Positions 14,400 to 28,267 of a DNA stretch of 64,000 bases are shown in pieces. Source of the DNA: Eledone cirrhosa. Lineage: Eukaryota. The stretch is taken from assembly GCA_964016885.1 (NCBI GenBank), contig OZ024744.1, forward strand, positions 70,804,001 to 70,868,000, read 5' to 3'. A program made the position numbers and the translations under genes. A model generated the notes under the pieces. It ran no database searches, had not been told where the DNA came from, and was given only the letters and a program-made list of their open reading frames with translations. Within the stretch, counting starts at the first letter, position 1; every line of letters starts with the position of its first letter.

Positions 14400-14512
14400 A
14401 TGTATATATATATATATGTGTGTGTGTGGTGCGTATACTTATATACAAATATATCTATCTATCAATTTATCTAACTATCCGTCTACCTCTCTATTTACCT
14501 ATCTATCTACCC

Positions 14513-14584
<72 letters not shown>

Positions 14585-14600
14585 GTTTATATGTATATAC

Positions 14601-14641
<41 letters not shown>

Positions 14642-14811
14642 CGTTTATACATATATAAATGATGACATCTGTTATCAGTGACAGGATGAAAATAAGAATA
14701 AGACAAAAATACATAAAGATGTGAAATAGATGTGAAAGATGTGACAGATGTGGTGCTTGACGTGATGTACAAGCTAAGATAACAGGCGTGTATACATGGA
14801 TAGGAAGTGCG

Positions 14812-15399
<588 letters not shown>

Positions 15400-15400
<1 letters not shown>

Positions 15401-15917
15401 CATGTATGTATACAGACGTACAGAAGTATGTATATATATATACATACATGCACACACACATATATATATATGTACGTATGGATTCACCGAACATTTATTA
15501 TAATGCTCGGTGTGTTTGTAAACAAACATCCCGTATTAAGCCGTAGTGTCTAGCAACCATCGGTGCGCCCGGCCGATTAACTCACTCGATATGCAAATTA
15601 GGCTACTCAGCCGTTAATATGCATAAGGTAAGTATATACTTTCAGACGTTCAACAATCTGGCAGGAAGGTATACGTACTGACGATAGCTAATAAGCTTGA
15701 AACTAGTACAGCGTTCCTCTGTCAGTGTTGAACAAACGAGCAACGGTGGTTGCTAGACACTGTACGGCTTAATACGGAATTTTTGTTTACAAACACATCG
15801 AGCATTATACTAAATGTTCGGTGAATCCATACGTACATATATATATGTGTGCATGTATGTATATATATATACATACTACTGTACGTCTGTATACATATAT
15901 GCATGTACGTGTACATG

Positions 15918-15920
<3 letters not shown>
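15400..15920. mobile_element. Family B fold-back copy with HHR at 15673-15714 (+)
   Basis: Inverted arms at ~15400-15562 and ~15745-15905; CTGACGA-tagctaataagctt-GAAA-ctag-TA. Confidence 0.8.
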
Positions 15921-15955
<35 letters not shown>

Positions 15956-16110
15956 AAATACCATATGTTGAAAAGGTAACACACTAGAGAGAGATAGTGT
16001 CTCATCAATAAAACAGGGAAAACCACCAGTGTATGGAATCTATACTCTATGGAAGGCAAGGGAATAACAAGAGTCTATGGCTCCGTTAATTTCCTCTCTC
16101 TCTGTTTGGT

Positions 16111-16211
<101 letters not shown>

Positions 16212-16431
16212 ATGTATATATACACTGCACAATAGAATCATTGAAAGTTTGGTTTATAAACTCATGCATAGGGGTGCGCACTCACGCATACGCACATACA
16301 AAACTCAGCCACACGCACACAAACACACTCATATATGTATACGTATAAGGAAATGTTAACCCTTGAACACAGTCCTGCTGTTACCAACACATGTCTAAAG
16401 GAATATCTGTTCCATAGATATATATATATAT

Positions 16432-16486
<55 letters not shown>

Positions 16487-16544
16487 AAAATAGTCAGAAC
16501 CCCGACGGCAGAGCTCAAGCTGTTTCGACAGTTACGGCAGTTAC

Positions 16545-17280
16545 TTAAATGTAAGTATGTATGTATACGTACATACATATATGTTTACAGACGTACAGTA
16601 GTATGTATATATATACATGTATATATATACATACATGCACACATATATATATATGCACGTATCGGTTTACCGAACATTTATTATAATGCTCGGTTTGTTT
16701 GTAAATGTTCGGTAAACCGATACGTGCATATATATATGTGTGCATGTATGTATATATATACATGTATATATATATATACATACTACTGTACGTCTGTACA
16801 CATATATGTATGTACGTATACATACTTACATTTAAGTAACAGCCGTACTAAGAGTGAGAAATGAAATTTCGTTTCATTCTATTCCATTTATCGTTTTCGG
16901 TGCGCCCGGCCGACTAACTCACTCGATATGCAAATTAGGCTGCTCAGCAGTTAATATGCATAAGGAAAGTATATACTTTCAGACGTTCAACCATCTGGCA
17001 GGAAGGTATACGATGCTGACGATAGCTAATAAGCTTGAAACCAGTATATCGTTCCTGTGCCAGTGTTGAACAAAAAGGTGACGTGGTTGCCTAAACACTG
17101 TACGGCGTAATTCGGGCTGTTTGTTTGTTTACAAACAAACCTAACATTATAATAAATGTTCGGTAAACCGATACGTGCATATATATATATATATGTGTGC
17201 ATGTATGTATATATATACATACTACTGTACGTCTGTATACATATATGTATGTACGTATACATACATACTTACATTTATAT
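16545..17280. mobile_element. Family B fold-back plus tandem copy with HHR at 17010-17052 (+)
   Basis: Palindrome at 16540-16840 centred near 16690, followed by a full unit. acgatg-CTGACGA-tagctaataagctt-GAAA-ccag-TA-tatcgt. Confidence 0.8.
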
Positions 17281-17484
17281 ATATATATATTTTGAATTGT
17301 TTTCCCATATCTTACGTTAAATATTTTCCATCTTGTTATAGTCACTTATATATTATGAAATACTGTTGGCTTCTTGCTCACATTAATTTCTCTATTTTCA
17401 TTTATATATACACATATATATATATAGACATACAAATACTTATATACATACACACACACGCACATGTGTGTATATATATATATA

Positions 17485-18399
17485 CGAGGTGTGTTAGAAA
17501 AGTTCCAGGACTGATGTCACAAAAGATTTATTTCAAACCCAAACTTCACACTAAGAATTTTCTCCTTCAAAGTAATCCCCCTGGAGTATGTAACTGTAAT
17601 CTTAGCTCTCTGCAGCGATCAAACTTTTTTCTTCATAATTTTATATACATGTCCTCTGTTTCAGGTCGTCAAGCAATGAGCACAGAGCAACGAACAAACT
17701 TGAAGTTTCTGGTACGGTTGGGGAAAACTCCGTCAGAAACACTGGGATTGCTGCAGCAAGTGTATGGAGATGAGACGATGTCACGCTCACGTGTTTTTGA
17801 GTGGTGCAAGAGGTTTAAAGAAGGACGCGAGGACGTGGAAGATGACCCCAGCAGTGGAAGGCCCTCAACAACCAGGACTGAGGTCAACGTTGAGAGCGTC
17901 AGGCAGATGGTGCGTAGCGATCCTCGGCTGACTGTTCGACTGATGGCAAATGAGTTGGGCATGAATCGGGACAGCGTCTGGAAGATTCTCACTGAAGATT
18001 TGGACATGCGGAAAGTCTCCGCGAAGATGGTGCCAAAACTGCTGAGCGATGACCAGAAGGTCGACGCATTCAAGTGTGCCAGGACATCCTCGAGGGTCTT
18101 GAAACCGAACCAGATTTGCTAGGGACAGTCATCACCGGTGATGAGTCATGGATCTTCGAGTACTACCCGGAGGGGACCCGTTTTGAAGAGGTGGACGACA
18201 TCAAAAAGGCCGTGACGACGGAACTGCGGAGGATCCCGGAAGAATCCTTCCAGGAGTGCATGCAAGCGTGGTAGAAAAGGATGGAAAAGTGCATTAGACT
18301 CCAGGGGGATTACTTTGAAGGAGAAAACTTTAGTGTGAAGTTTGGGTTTGAAATAAATCTTTTGTGACATCAGTCCTGGAACTTTTCTAACCCACTTCG
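17485..18399 (+). mobile_element. Mariner DNA transposon, internally deleted, with ~70-100-bp TIRs, inserted in (TA)n
   Basis: Left TIR cgaggtgtgttagaaaagttccaggactgatgtcacaaaag; right TIR cttttgtgacatcagtcctggaacttttctaacccacttcg; TA flanks. Confidence 0.92.
17676..18320 (+). pseudogene. Mariner transposase remnant (HTH domain, first catalytic D, C-terminus)
   Basis: MSTEQRTNLKFLVRLGKTPSET..VFEWCKRFKEGREDVEDDPSSGRP..KMVPKLL, a frameshift, then ITGDESWIFEY joined directly to GTRFEEVDDIKKAV. The catalytic middle is deleted. Confidence 0.88.
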
Positions 18400-18626
18400 T
18401 ATATATATATATATATATGCATACAGATACAAATCGACTTAAAATCGATGTCGTGACATATGCCACTAATGTCTGTATATATGTGCACACATTTACACAC
18501 ACATTCACCCACACACTCACTCACATCACCACACACACACCACACCACATCACACCACACACACACCTACCGCATGGTCTTTACTCGTAGCAGTGTATGG
18601 CTTTCTATTTCTACCTTGTTCTACGT

Positions 18627-18766
18627 TTAGCTAATCACTTCAGTTACTTATGCAGTAACAAGCTAATAAAAATCATCTTGATCTTCTCAACACTTGGAAA
18701 GAAAACGAGGGATAGCGAATGTGTGTGTATTAGAGAGAGAGAGAGAGAGAGAGAGGGGGAGGGAGG

Positions 18767-18846
<80 letters not shown>

Positions 18847-19633
18847 GGAAGTAGGGATTAAACGAACTGTCAACTTGACTGTGCTTGGTAATATATAAAA
18901 AAAATATGGTATATATATATATATATATATATATATTTTAGTACAGCATTGACGAAGCTTTAGAATACGGCCAAGCTAGCGTATATGCATAATCGGTCTG
19001 TATCTTTAGCACTCAGGTGAGGAAAGACCCCAGAGTAATAACATTACGTCCAGACAGCTTAGCAAATCAGATATAGCGGTCGGCAGTCCAGCTGCATCAC
19101 TAGAGCAACGAAAATACAGGACCCAGGAAAATATTTTATACTGACCCGGACATAGCGGTGAGGCCGAGTGCTAAATATATAACTTACATCGTATATCCAC
19201 AATATAGATCACATATAACATCCAACATCAGCGCTAAGTTTCTGCAAATCCAAGATCGACAAATTCCTATTGCAGCAGTCTGCAATATAATGGTTTTTGA
19301 CGACAGAACATAGGATTTACTTCTTCAGCCAGTCTTTCGTTCTTAGCCTGAGCCGGTATGTTGTAGCTTTAAATGTCGCCACAGACACGTGGTTTACTCC
19401 AAGGGAGGTAACCCCCGCTTAGGCGGTGTATTCTAATTTGAGATAAAGGAATGAATCCCTTTAGACAAACCGAATAAAGCACCCAACCAGAAGTTATCAA
19501 ACAAACTTAAACAATTAATCAATCAATAGAATCATCTAATTAAATTAATCGGTTAATCATTAATTCTAGGAGTAAATATAAATTTTAGATATATACCATA
19601 TTTTTGTTGACAGTCCGTTTAATCCCTACTTCC

Positions 19634-19716
<83 letters not shown>

Positions 19717-19767
19717 ATACACACACATAGCTTGTTACTGCTTAAGTAACTGAAGTAATTAGCTAAT
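18627..19767. repeat. Inverted repeat with (GA)n inside the arms, enclosing a degenerate HHR-like motif at ~19228-19331 (-)
   Basis: 18627-18915 pairs with 19590-19767 (gggtggaagtagggattaaacg / cgtttaatccctacttccaccc). Confidence 0.75.
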
Positions 19768-19789
19768 ATATATATATATATATATATAT

Positions 19790-19990
19790 AACGAAGGAGT
19801 TGTGGTAAGGAACCAGAAGGACCATAACGCACCAGAGTACTCAATACTTAGGGTAGGAGAGTGGGTAATAGGAAAATGTTCAAGACCCCAACGGCAGAGC
19901 TCAAACCGTTTCGATGGTTATTTCTGGACGTCCAGAAATAGCCGTCGAATCGGTTTGAGCTCTGCTGTCAGGGTCTTGAACATTTTCCCC
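19790..19990. repeat. Family E fold-back module (palindrome 19871-19989)
   Basis: ggaaaatgttcaagacccc..tttctggac|gtccagaaa..gggtcttgaacattttcc. Related copies at 16483, 34199, 45420 and 55806. Confidence 0.85.
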
Positions 19991-20006
19991 TATATATATA
20001 TACACA

Positions 20007-20081
<75 letters not shown>

Positions 20082-20137
20082 ATATATATATATACACACA
20101 CACATATATATATATGCATATATATATATATATATAC

Positions 20138-20212
<75 letters not shown>

Positions 20213-20384
20213 CAACATATATATATATGTGTGTGTGTGTGTGTGTATCTATATGAACATGTATATATGTATATATATATGTATATATGCATATATATGT
20301 ATACATATGTATGTATATATATATGTGTGTGTGTGTATGCATGTATATATATGTATATACATAAAAATATACTTACATAAAAAT

Positions 20385-20502
<118 letters not shown>

Positions 20503-20508
20503 TTGGTA

Positions 20509-20582
<74 letters not shown>

Positions 20583-20591
20583 TTGGTATTA

Positions 20592-20624
<33 letters not shown>

Positions 20625-20650
20625 TTGGTATTAATATATATATATATATA

Positions 20651-21245
20651 TAGTAGCTGAATTACCCGGCCTTGCGCAGGTTACTGCTGTTCTTATTCAG
20701 ATTAGTAAACAATAAATATGAAGATATAGTTTTTATTTCTCATAAGTATTTAAAAATATATGTATTTTATAAAAAACAATGTGAAAATTGTAATGATAAT
20801 AGAATTTAAAAAAGGAAAATCTATTAAACTTGAAGCACCTTAGGGTAAACAATATTCATTGTGTAATTTTTTGTTGGTGTCCAAATGAAAAAAATTGTTG
20901 CTACACACTCACGCACATACACTCTCATATACATATACTAAGACAGATACACACAGACATACATTCACGCAGACACTCGCACAGCTCTGACCTAATTTTT
21001 TTGACAGTCGCTACATATGTGTAGATGTATGTGTGTACCTAATGAACGCACATACACGCACTCACAGACATACATGTTCATGTACAAAATGTGATGTGGT
21101 TGTGTTGTTTTCTATTGTTTTAATCCAAATAAAAATTACATGTTGACACTCCTGGCGTCTAATACTAATATTACCTTGTAAAAGGATTTGATTTGATCCA
21201 GCCGTTTGAGAATGCATAGGAACGGTCAGACAGACAAAGAATGTT
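20651..21245 (-). mobile_element. Probable non-autonomous Helitron
   Basis: The minus-strand end cctgcgcaaggccgggtaattcagctacta resembles the Helitron hairpin plus CTAG terminus. Confidence 0.45.
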
Positions 21246-21353
21246 ATACACACACACACATAAATATATATACATACATACATACATATATACATACATA
21301 CATACATACATACATACATACATACATACATACATACATACATACATACATAC

Positions 21354-21870
21354 ATGGTGGCTGCTAACCCGTTTTCGAGTACGGCCACTACTTTATATCC
21401 ATGTAGGAGAACCCCTACCGATGCGCTGAACGAGTGTGACTTTTTAGTCCAGCCAGCGACTTGAAAACTCTGGTACAAACACTACACCTGCGACAATTAT
21501 TGACACATAGTGCTGGGCCCATGGTACCATGTGACAACAAGTGCAGAGAGATCTCCAGATATAAAGCAATGCCTGTGCCGTGAAGCTTTTATAGTGAGCA
21601 AAGGCACTGCACAAAGCCAGTCCCACTCTCTTAACTAAGATGATATTTACCAAAAAGAAGAACAAGTCAACATCATTGGATACCATCAGGGTTGCAGGTG
21701 TTATATCAGAGTTTTCCTTCTCCTAGAATTCTGCCTTGACAAAGGCTAAGGGGTCATCTCTCCCGGTGATTTTGGATGGCCATTGACTCTTAAGAGCTCC
21801 TTTGCCCTTTGACAGGTTTTGTTTTTAGTCCTGCAGGATGTTCAAAGTCACCCTCCTCACCAAGAAACCT
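21354..21870 (-). mobile_element. Non-autonomous RTE-derived element (family C)
   Basis: Near-identical to 24140-24757, 27720-28267 and 53166-53570. The 3' part encodes a C..C..RVFKSLAGLKSHTRSAHR zinc-finger-like RTE C-terminus. Confidence 0.75.
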
Positions 21871-22040
21871 ACATACATACATACATACATACATACATAC
21901 ATACATACATACATACATACATACATACATACATACATACATAGAGAGATAATTCCGAAGGAAAAGCAAAGGAAAAACGAGTGCTCTATGTATAGAACAG
22001 AGCTATTTAATTAGAAAGTGAACAACACAAAATATAACTA

Positions 22041-22108
22041 CTCCATTACCAAAGGTTTCTGGATCCCAGACAATATTAATATATGTCGGCATCGGTCATC
22101 AGACAGAG
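22041..22108 (-). ncRNA. Hammerhead ribozyme
   Basis: ctctgt-CTGATGA-ccgatgccgacatatattaatattgtctgggatcca-GAAA-cctttgg-TA-atggag. Confidence 0.75.
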
Positions 22109-22311
22109 ATGTTATCTTGCATTCGTCGCTGAAGAAAGTCCTCCAGGAAAGTTAACCAGGAATCTTTAAAAAAATCTTCCCACCGAAGTTAACAAAGAAC
22201 TTACTAGATCAACCAAAACCAAATTATAAAATCATAATGTTATAAAATTAAATTAAATTGTTTAGAACTACAAGTGAAATCATTCTTTTCCTTTTTTTAA
22301 ATATACACACG

Positions 22312-22369
<58 letters not shown>

Positions 22370-22456
22370 GACACACACATTTATATATACATATATACAT
22401 ATATATATATATCAATGATATTAAATAAATTCAAACTATATTTATAAAACCATATT

Positions 22457-22517
22457 TATTCTATTATATAAATTTCAAGGGTACCAAAACTTTGGTACGC
22501 ACTCATCAGATAAAATA
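22457..22517 (-). ncRNA. Hammerhead ribozyme
   Basis: tattttat-CTGATGA-gtgcgtaccaaagttttggtaccctt-GAAA-tttata-TA-atagaata. Confidence 0.7.
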
Positions 22518-22837
22518 CTAAGTTGTTTGTTTTATAAATATTGACATATCCAGGAAGAAGATCTTAACGGTTCCAGTTTTTCCTGGATAGTTTCGAATCA
22601 GTTATAAACATATAATATTTGTTGAATTATCAACAAATTAAATATCTCTTTTGCTTATATATATATAAACCGAACATTATAATAAATGTTCGGTAAACCC
22701 ATACATACATATATATATATATATATGTATGCATGTATGTATATATATATACATACTACTGTGCGTTTGTACACATATATGTATGTACGTATACATACTT
22801 ATATTTAGGTATCAGCCGTACTAAGAGTGAGAAATGA

Positions 22838-23192
22838 AATTTCGTTTCATTCTTTTCCATTTATATATGTATTTAATTATGTCTCATATAAAATAATACA
22901 ACTGGCTATCCGCAAAATACGTATAGTTAGCACTCCAAACGTATAATTGGGATTATACTAACGTATATCGTAATGTTTGTTGAGTGAGACGGAAGTCGGT
23001 CATTAACAGAGAAAGTTTTAAGCAATACTCCGACCGACTTCCGTCTCACTCAACAAACATTACGATATACGTTAGTATAATCCCAATTATACGTTTGGAG
23101 TGCTAACTATACGTATTTTGCGGATAGCCAGTTGTATTATTTTATATGAGACATAATTAAATACATATATAAATGGAAAAGAATGAAACAAA

Positions 23193-23196
<4 letters not shown>
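22838..23196. repeat. Near-perfect 163-bp-arm palindrome with a 32-bp spacer, adjoining family B sequence
   Basis: 22838-23000 is the reverse complement of 23033-23196; ends at (TA)n. Confidence 0.92.
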
Positions 23197-23254
<58 letters not shown>

Positions 23255-23469
23255 ATAATAATAAATTTGAAGACTAAAATCCAAAGAGGGCTCGATAAGG
23301 ATAAATATATATCAAATATATAAGAGAACCGTAGAGCAAATATTTATTAAAATAACAGATTAAAGTTTAGAGCAAAGGGTGAAAGCAGCGATTATTTGCT
23401 TAAACTTTAATCTGTTATTTTAATAAATAAATATATATATATATATATGTAAACATATATACATATATA

Positions 23470-23513
<44 letters not shown>

Positions 23514-23535
23514 TACATACATATATATGTAAATG

Positions 23536-23599
<64 letters not shown>

Positions 23600-23684
23600 C
23601 GGTTTGATATGGTGTATATTTGTTTGTTTAACCGATATTGTCATGTTGCCAATAATAACACACGCATCCGTTAGGTTTTGCTTA

Positions 23685-23860
23685 TTGGCAGTATCGGTAG
23701 AGGGTCGGATGCCCTGCTTTGACGCATAGAGTTACGGCCCTTGCCATTCTGAGTTCAAATCCCGCCGATGTTAACTTTCCCTTACGGGGTCGATAAAATA
23801 AAGTACCAGTAATGCACTGGGATAATAGCTGGCCTTGTGCCAAAAGTAGAAACAATTATT
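23685..23860 (+). mobile_element. tRNA-derived SINE
   Basis: ggcagtatcggtagagggtcgg..gagttcaaatcccgccg..ggggtcgataaaataaagtaccag..gaaacaattatta. Confidence 0.85.
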
Positions 23861-24139
23861 ATTGGTTCGATGGCTAATCTATTTGTCACTTAGTTTAATA
23901 ACGCAGTGGTTATTATTAAAAGATGGCGTAAATAGAACAAGATCGGATCAAAGAGGAGACACACATGTGCAAGACATGTCATAAAATGTGTAACGAAAGA
24001 GGGGCTTTGACAATTAAACAACAGAGGAATATATTACTGAATTAAGAACAAAACTTAAGAGAAACTCTGCACACACACGCATTTATATATACACACATAT
24101 ATATATATACATGCATATAAGCATGTATGCATGTGTATT

Positions 24140-24756
24140 GTGTCAGGTCACCATTTGGTGCTACTGGTAACATGTATGCCAGTACAACCTGTCTCATGGT
24201 CGGGTCGTTGGCGACTAAACTGGCAACTCCACCAAGGTTTCTTGGTGAGGAGGGTGACTTTGGACATCCTGCATGCAGGACTAAAAACAAAACCTGTCAA
24301 AAGGCAAAGGGGCTCTTAAGAGTCAATAGCCATCCAAAATCACCGGGAGAGATCACCCCTTAGCCTTTGTCAAGGCAGAATTCTAGGAGAAGGAAAACTC
24401 TGATATAACACCTGCAACCCTGATGGTATCCAATGATGTTGACTTGTTCTTCTTTTTGGTAAATATCATCTTGGTTAAGAGAGTGGGACTGGCTTTGTGC
24501 AGTGCCTTTTCTCACTATAAAAGCTTCACGGCACAGGCATTGCTTTATATCTGGAGATCTCTCTGCACTTCTCATCACATGGAACCATGGGCCCAGCACT
24601 ATGTGTCAATAATTGTCACAAGTGTAGTGTTTGTACCAGAGTTTTCAAGTCGCTGGCTGGACTAAAAAGTCACACTCGTTCAGCGCATCGGTAGGGGTTC
24701 TCCTACATGGATATAGAGTAGTGGCCGTACTCGAAAACGAGTTGGCAGCCACCATG

Positions 24757-24757
<1 letters not shown>
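24140..24757 (+). mobile_element. Family C non-autonomous RTE-derived element (longest copy)
   Basis: Structured 5' end (gccagt..actggc; cacc-aaggtttctt-ggtg), a 3' zinc-finger remnant, and a tail running into (TA)n. Confidence 0.75.
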
Positions 24758-24832
<75 letters not shown>

Positions 24833-26116
24833 CATATATAAGTTAGACATGTTTAATTATATGAATATATTTATTATGAACATTATATATGTGTGTATGT
24901 GTTTGTGTATAAATTTATATGTTTATATACATACATACATATAATTATATATATATATATGCATACATACATTCATAGATGCATGCATCGATACACGTAC
25001 AAACACACACTACTGCACAAACATAATGATGGAATGACGTACTGCGACGCAAACTTTAAAAGCAGGTGAAATGACTTTTTAAGAACCTAATAAAAAATAC
25101 ATTTTATTTTCGAGAAAACATCTCCTTGAACTACTAATGTAAACCATAAATTGCCAAATACCGGTGTTTGAAAGGCCTGTTGCTTTTCCTGACAGTTTCC
25201 CTCGAGACTTCGGGTGTCCTAGGTCCCCAAACTGCCATTTTCCTTCACAAAATCGAAAAATAATCTGTCACCCCTTCCCCCTTTTCCCTTTATTTCGTTG
25301 CTTAATTTCTTCTTTTAATTTATTTATTTTCCTTTTCTTCTATTCTTCATTTCCTTATTGCTTTATAACAACAATTTCTGAAAATAGATATTTGTTATTA
25401 ATTAAAAAAAACAAAAACCTTTCCATGAAGAAAAAAAAAAAAATGAAATTAATAAATATTTGTTATATATATTTAAAACAGGAAGGCGCACAGGACAAAG
25501 ACACTGGATAAGCAACTGAAAAATGAACAGTCCCATCTCAGTCAACCACTGGAAATCACTACAGTTTCTGTACTTTAAGGTTGATATTGTTCATTCCAGT
25601 GCACAGTGAGGCGTAACGAAACAGATAGAAATAAAGACAGGACAATTTAAGTCTTTCGGCGAATTATACAAGTAAAAACGAAACGTTGCCCAAGTGTGTC
25701 AACTGAAAAAGAGTGCTCAACCAAAAGCGAGCGCTAAGCTAAAAGAGAAGAAATATAGAAAGGAGAGAAATAGATAATACAGTTAATAATAATATGGGCT
25801 GCAGTTCAACATGTAGACAAAGAAAAATAACACTAAGACGTAGAAAAGGGGAGAAGGGAGCAGAGGAGATTTTGTGATAGTTTCCAAAAAACCCGCATGA
25901 CTAAATCTTTAGAATATGAACTGAAAACAGGGGGCGCACAGGACAAAGACAATAGAAAAAAGCGACGGAAAAACGGACAGTCCCATCTCCTCAGTCAACT
26001 TCTGGAAATCACAACAGTTTAGATGCATTAAGATTGATAATTCAGATCTATAACACAAATATGGATCTTGAGCCACCCATCACTGAAACGTTCGTAACTG
26101 AACTTAATCAATAAAA

Positions 26117-26297
26117 CTTGTTTCTACTTTAGGCACAAGGCCAGCAATTACCCAGTGCATTACTGGTACTTTATTTTATCGACCCCGTAAGGATGAAAGG
26201 CAAAGTCAACCTCGGCGGGATTTGAACTCAGATCGTAAAGGGACGTAACTATGCTTGAAAGCATGGCGTCCGACCCTCTACCGATACTGCCAATCCA
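26117..26297 (-). mobile_element. tRNA-derived SINE
   Basis: Same family as 12290 and 23685. Confidence 0.85.
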
Positions 26298-26347
26298 CTT
26301 AATCAATAAAACTGCAATGTGAAACCTAGTTTTGTTCTTCTTAATAC

Positions 26348-26423
<76 letters not shown>

Positions 26424-26477
26424 TGTGTATGTGTATATGTATTGTGTGTGCGTGCGCGCGCGCGGGTGCGTGTGTAT

Positions 26478-26700
26478 CTATTATTAGGAAGAGCGGTCGA
26501 TTGGCAGTATCGGTAGAGCGTCAGACGCCATGCTTTGTAGCATATAGTTATGACCCTTTACATTCAAGTTCAAATCCCGCCGCGGTTAGCTTTGCCTTTC
26601 AGTCTTATTGGTCGATAAAATAAAGCATCAGTAACGCAATGGGATCGATTTAATCGACTCTCCCTTCCCCCAAATTGCTGGCCTATAGTAGAAATCATTA
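26478..26700 (+). mobile_element. tRNA-derived SINE, diverged
   Basis: gattggcagtatcggtagagcg..agttcaaatcccgcc..gtcgataaaataaag. Confidence 0.75.
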
Positions 26701-27668
26701 TTAGTATAGATTAAAAGTTTATCGGAATATTTTTGGTAGAAATATTTAGGTGTAGTTTCTGCATAGTAATTTTAAATCTGAAGAGTGCTCTAAAGTACCA
26801 GTAATGCACTGGTAATTGCTGGCCTTGTGCCTAAAGTAGAAACAATTATTAGTATAGATTAAAAGTTTACCGGAATATTTTTGGTAGAAATATTTAGGTG
26901 TAGTTTCTGCAATAGTAATTTTAAGTCTGAAGAGTGCTCTACCGTACGAGCTAAATATCATAATATAATAAGGGAGGAGTGCGGGACTGTGTCCTGAATA
27001 TATATTTTTATCTTGTTAATAAAATAAGTTGGATTACTTTGAATAAATAATGAATGAATATTACATAATTTATGTACTAAATTTCGTAGCTGTATATTCC
27101 CGTATATTCTTATACGAGTATATGTTTATACGAGTATATAATTGTTTCTACTTTTGGCACAAGGCCAGCAATTACCCAGTACATTATACAAGTATATAAT
27201 GATTGCTTATTTTAAGATTCACTTCTTTTAAAATTTTAAAATGTCAATACTTCCGGTTATGATATAACGGATGCTATATTGTATCACTTATATAAACGTT
27301 CATATATTTGCATCGTTATATCATAACGTTTATATTTCCGTCGCTACTTTTCTCCTTTTTCGTTTTCATAACATATCACCGTAATGCAGTTTATTATAAT
27401 ATCGTCTTTAAATGTATCATGGATTACTTTACTGATTACAGAAGAGAGAGTAACACAGTCTCTCTTTAATTTCTGTGTATATTGTCAATTACGATTTTAT
27501 TTGATGTATCATATGATGCATAAATATTTGCGTATAATATCAATATGCGCATTACACATGCTAGCAGTAAATCCTGCAGAAGGTGGTTTTTCTGCTAGTT
27601 AGTAATAATAAATACAAAGACTAAAATCCAGAGTGTCCCCTCTGGATTTTGATCTTTGGATTTCTTAT

Positions 27669-27703
<35 letters not shown>

Positions 27704-27719
27704 TTATATATACATGTAT

Positions 27720-28267
27720 ATGGTAGCTGCCAACTCGTTTTCGAGTATGGCCACTATTTTATATCCACTGAACGAGTATGACTTTTTAGTTCAGCCAGCG
27801 ACTTGAAAACTCTGGTACAAACACTACACCTGTGACAATTATTGTCACATAGTGCTGGGCCCATGGTACCATGTGACGACAAATGCAGAGAGATCTCCAG
27901 ATATAAAGCAATGCCTGTGCCGTGAAGCTTTTATAGTGAGCAAAGGCACTGCACAAAGCCAGTCCCATTCTCTTAACCAAGATGATATTTACCAAAAAGA
28001 AGAACAAGTCAACATCATTGGATACCATCAGAATTGCAGGTGTTATATCAGAGTTTTCCTTCTCCTAGAATTCTGCCTTTACAAAAGCTAAGGGGTCATC
28101 TCTCCCGGTGATTTTGGATGGCCATTGACTCTTAAGAGCTCCTTTGCCCTTTGGCAGGTTTTGTTTTTAGTCCTGCAGGATGTCCAAAGTCACCCTCCTC
28201 ACCAAGAAACCTTGGTGGGGTTGCCAGTTTAGTCGCCAACGACCCGACCACGAGACAGGTTGTACTG
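27720..28267 (-). mobile_element. Family C element
   Basis: Sequence identity to 24140-24757. Confidence 0.75.

Noticed and set aside
21444-21686. Recurrent 80-aa ORF MVSNDVDLFFF in family C copies
   Set aside because: It recurs because the repeat is young; no recognisable domain, and the RTE zinc-finger remnant is in a different frame.
25140-26050. Possible host exon
   Set aside because: No convincing ORF or splice pattern; it contains an internal direct repeat (~25475-25590 and ~25925-26040) suggesting a repeat relic.
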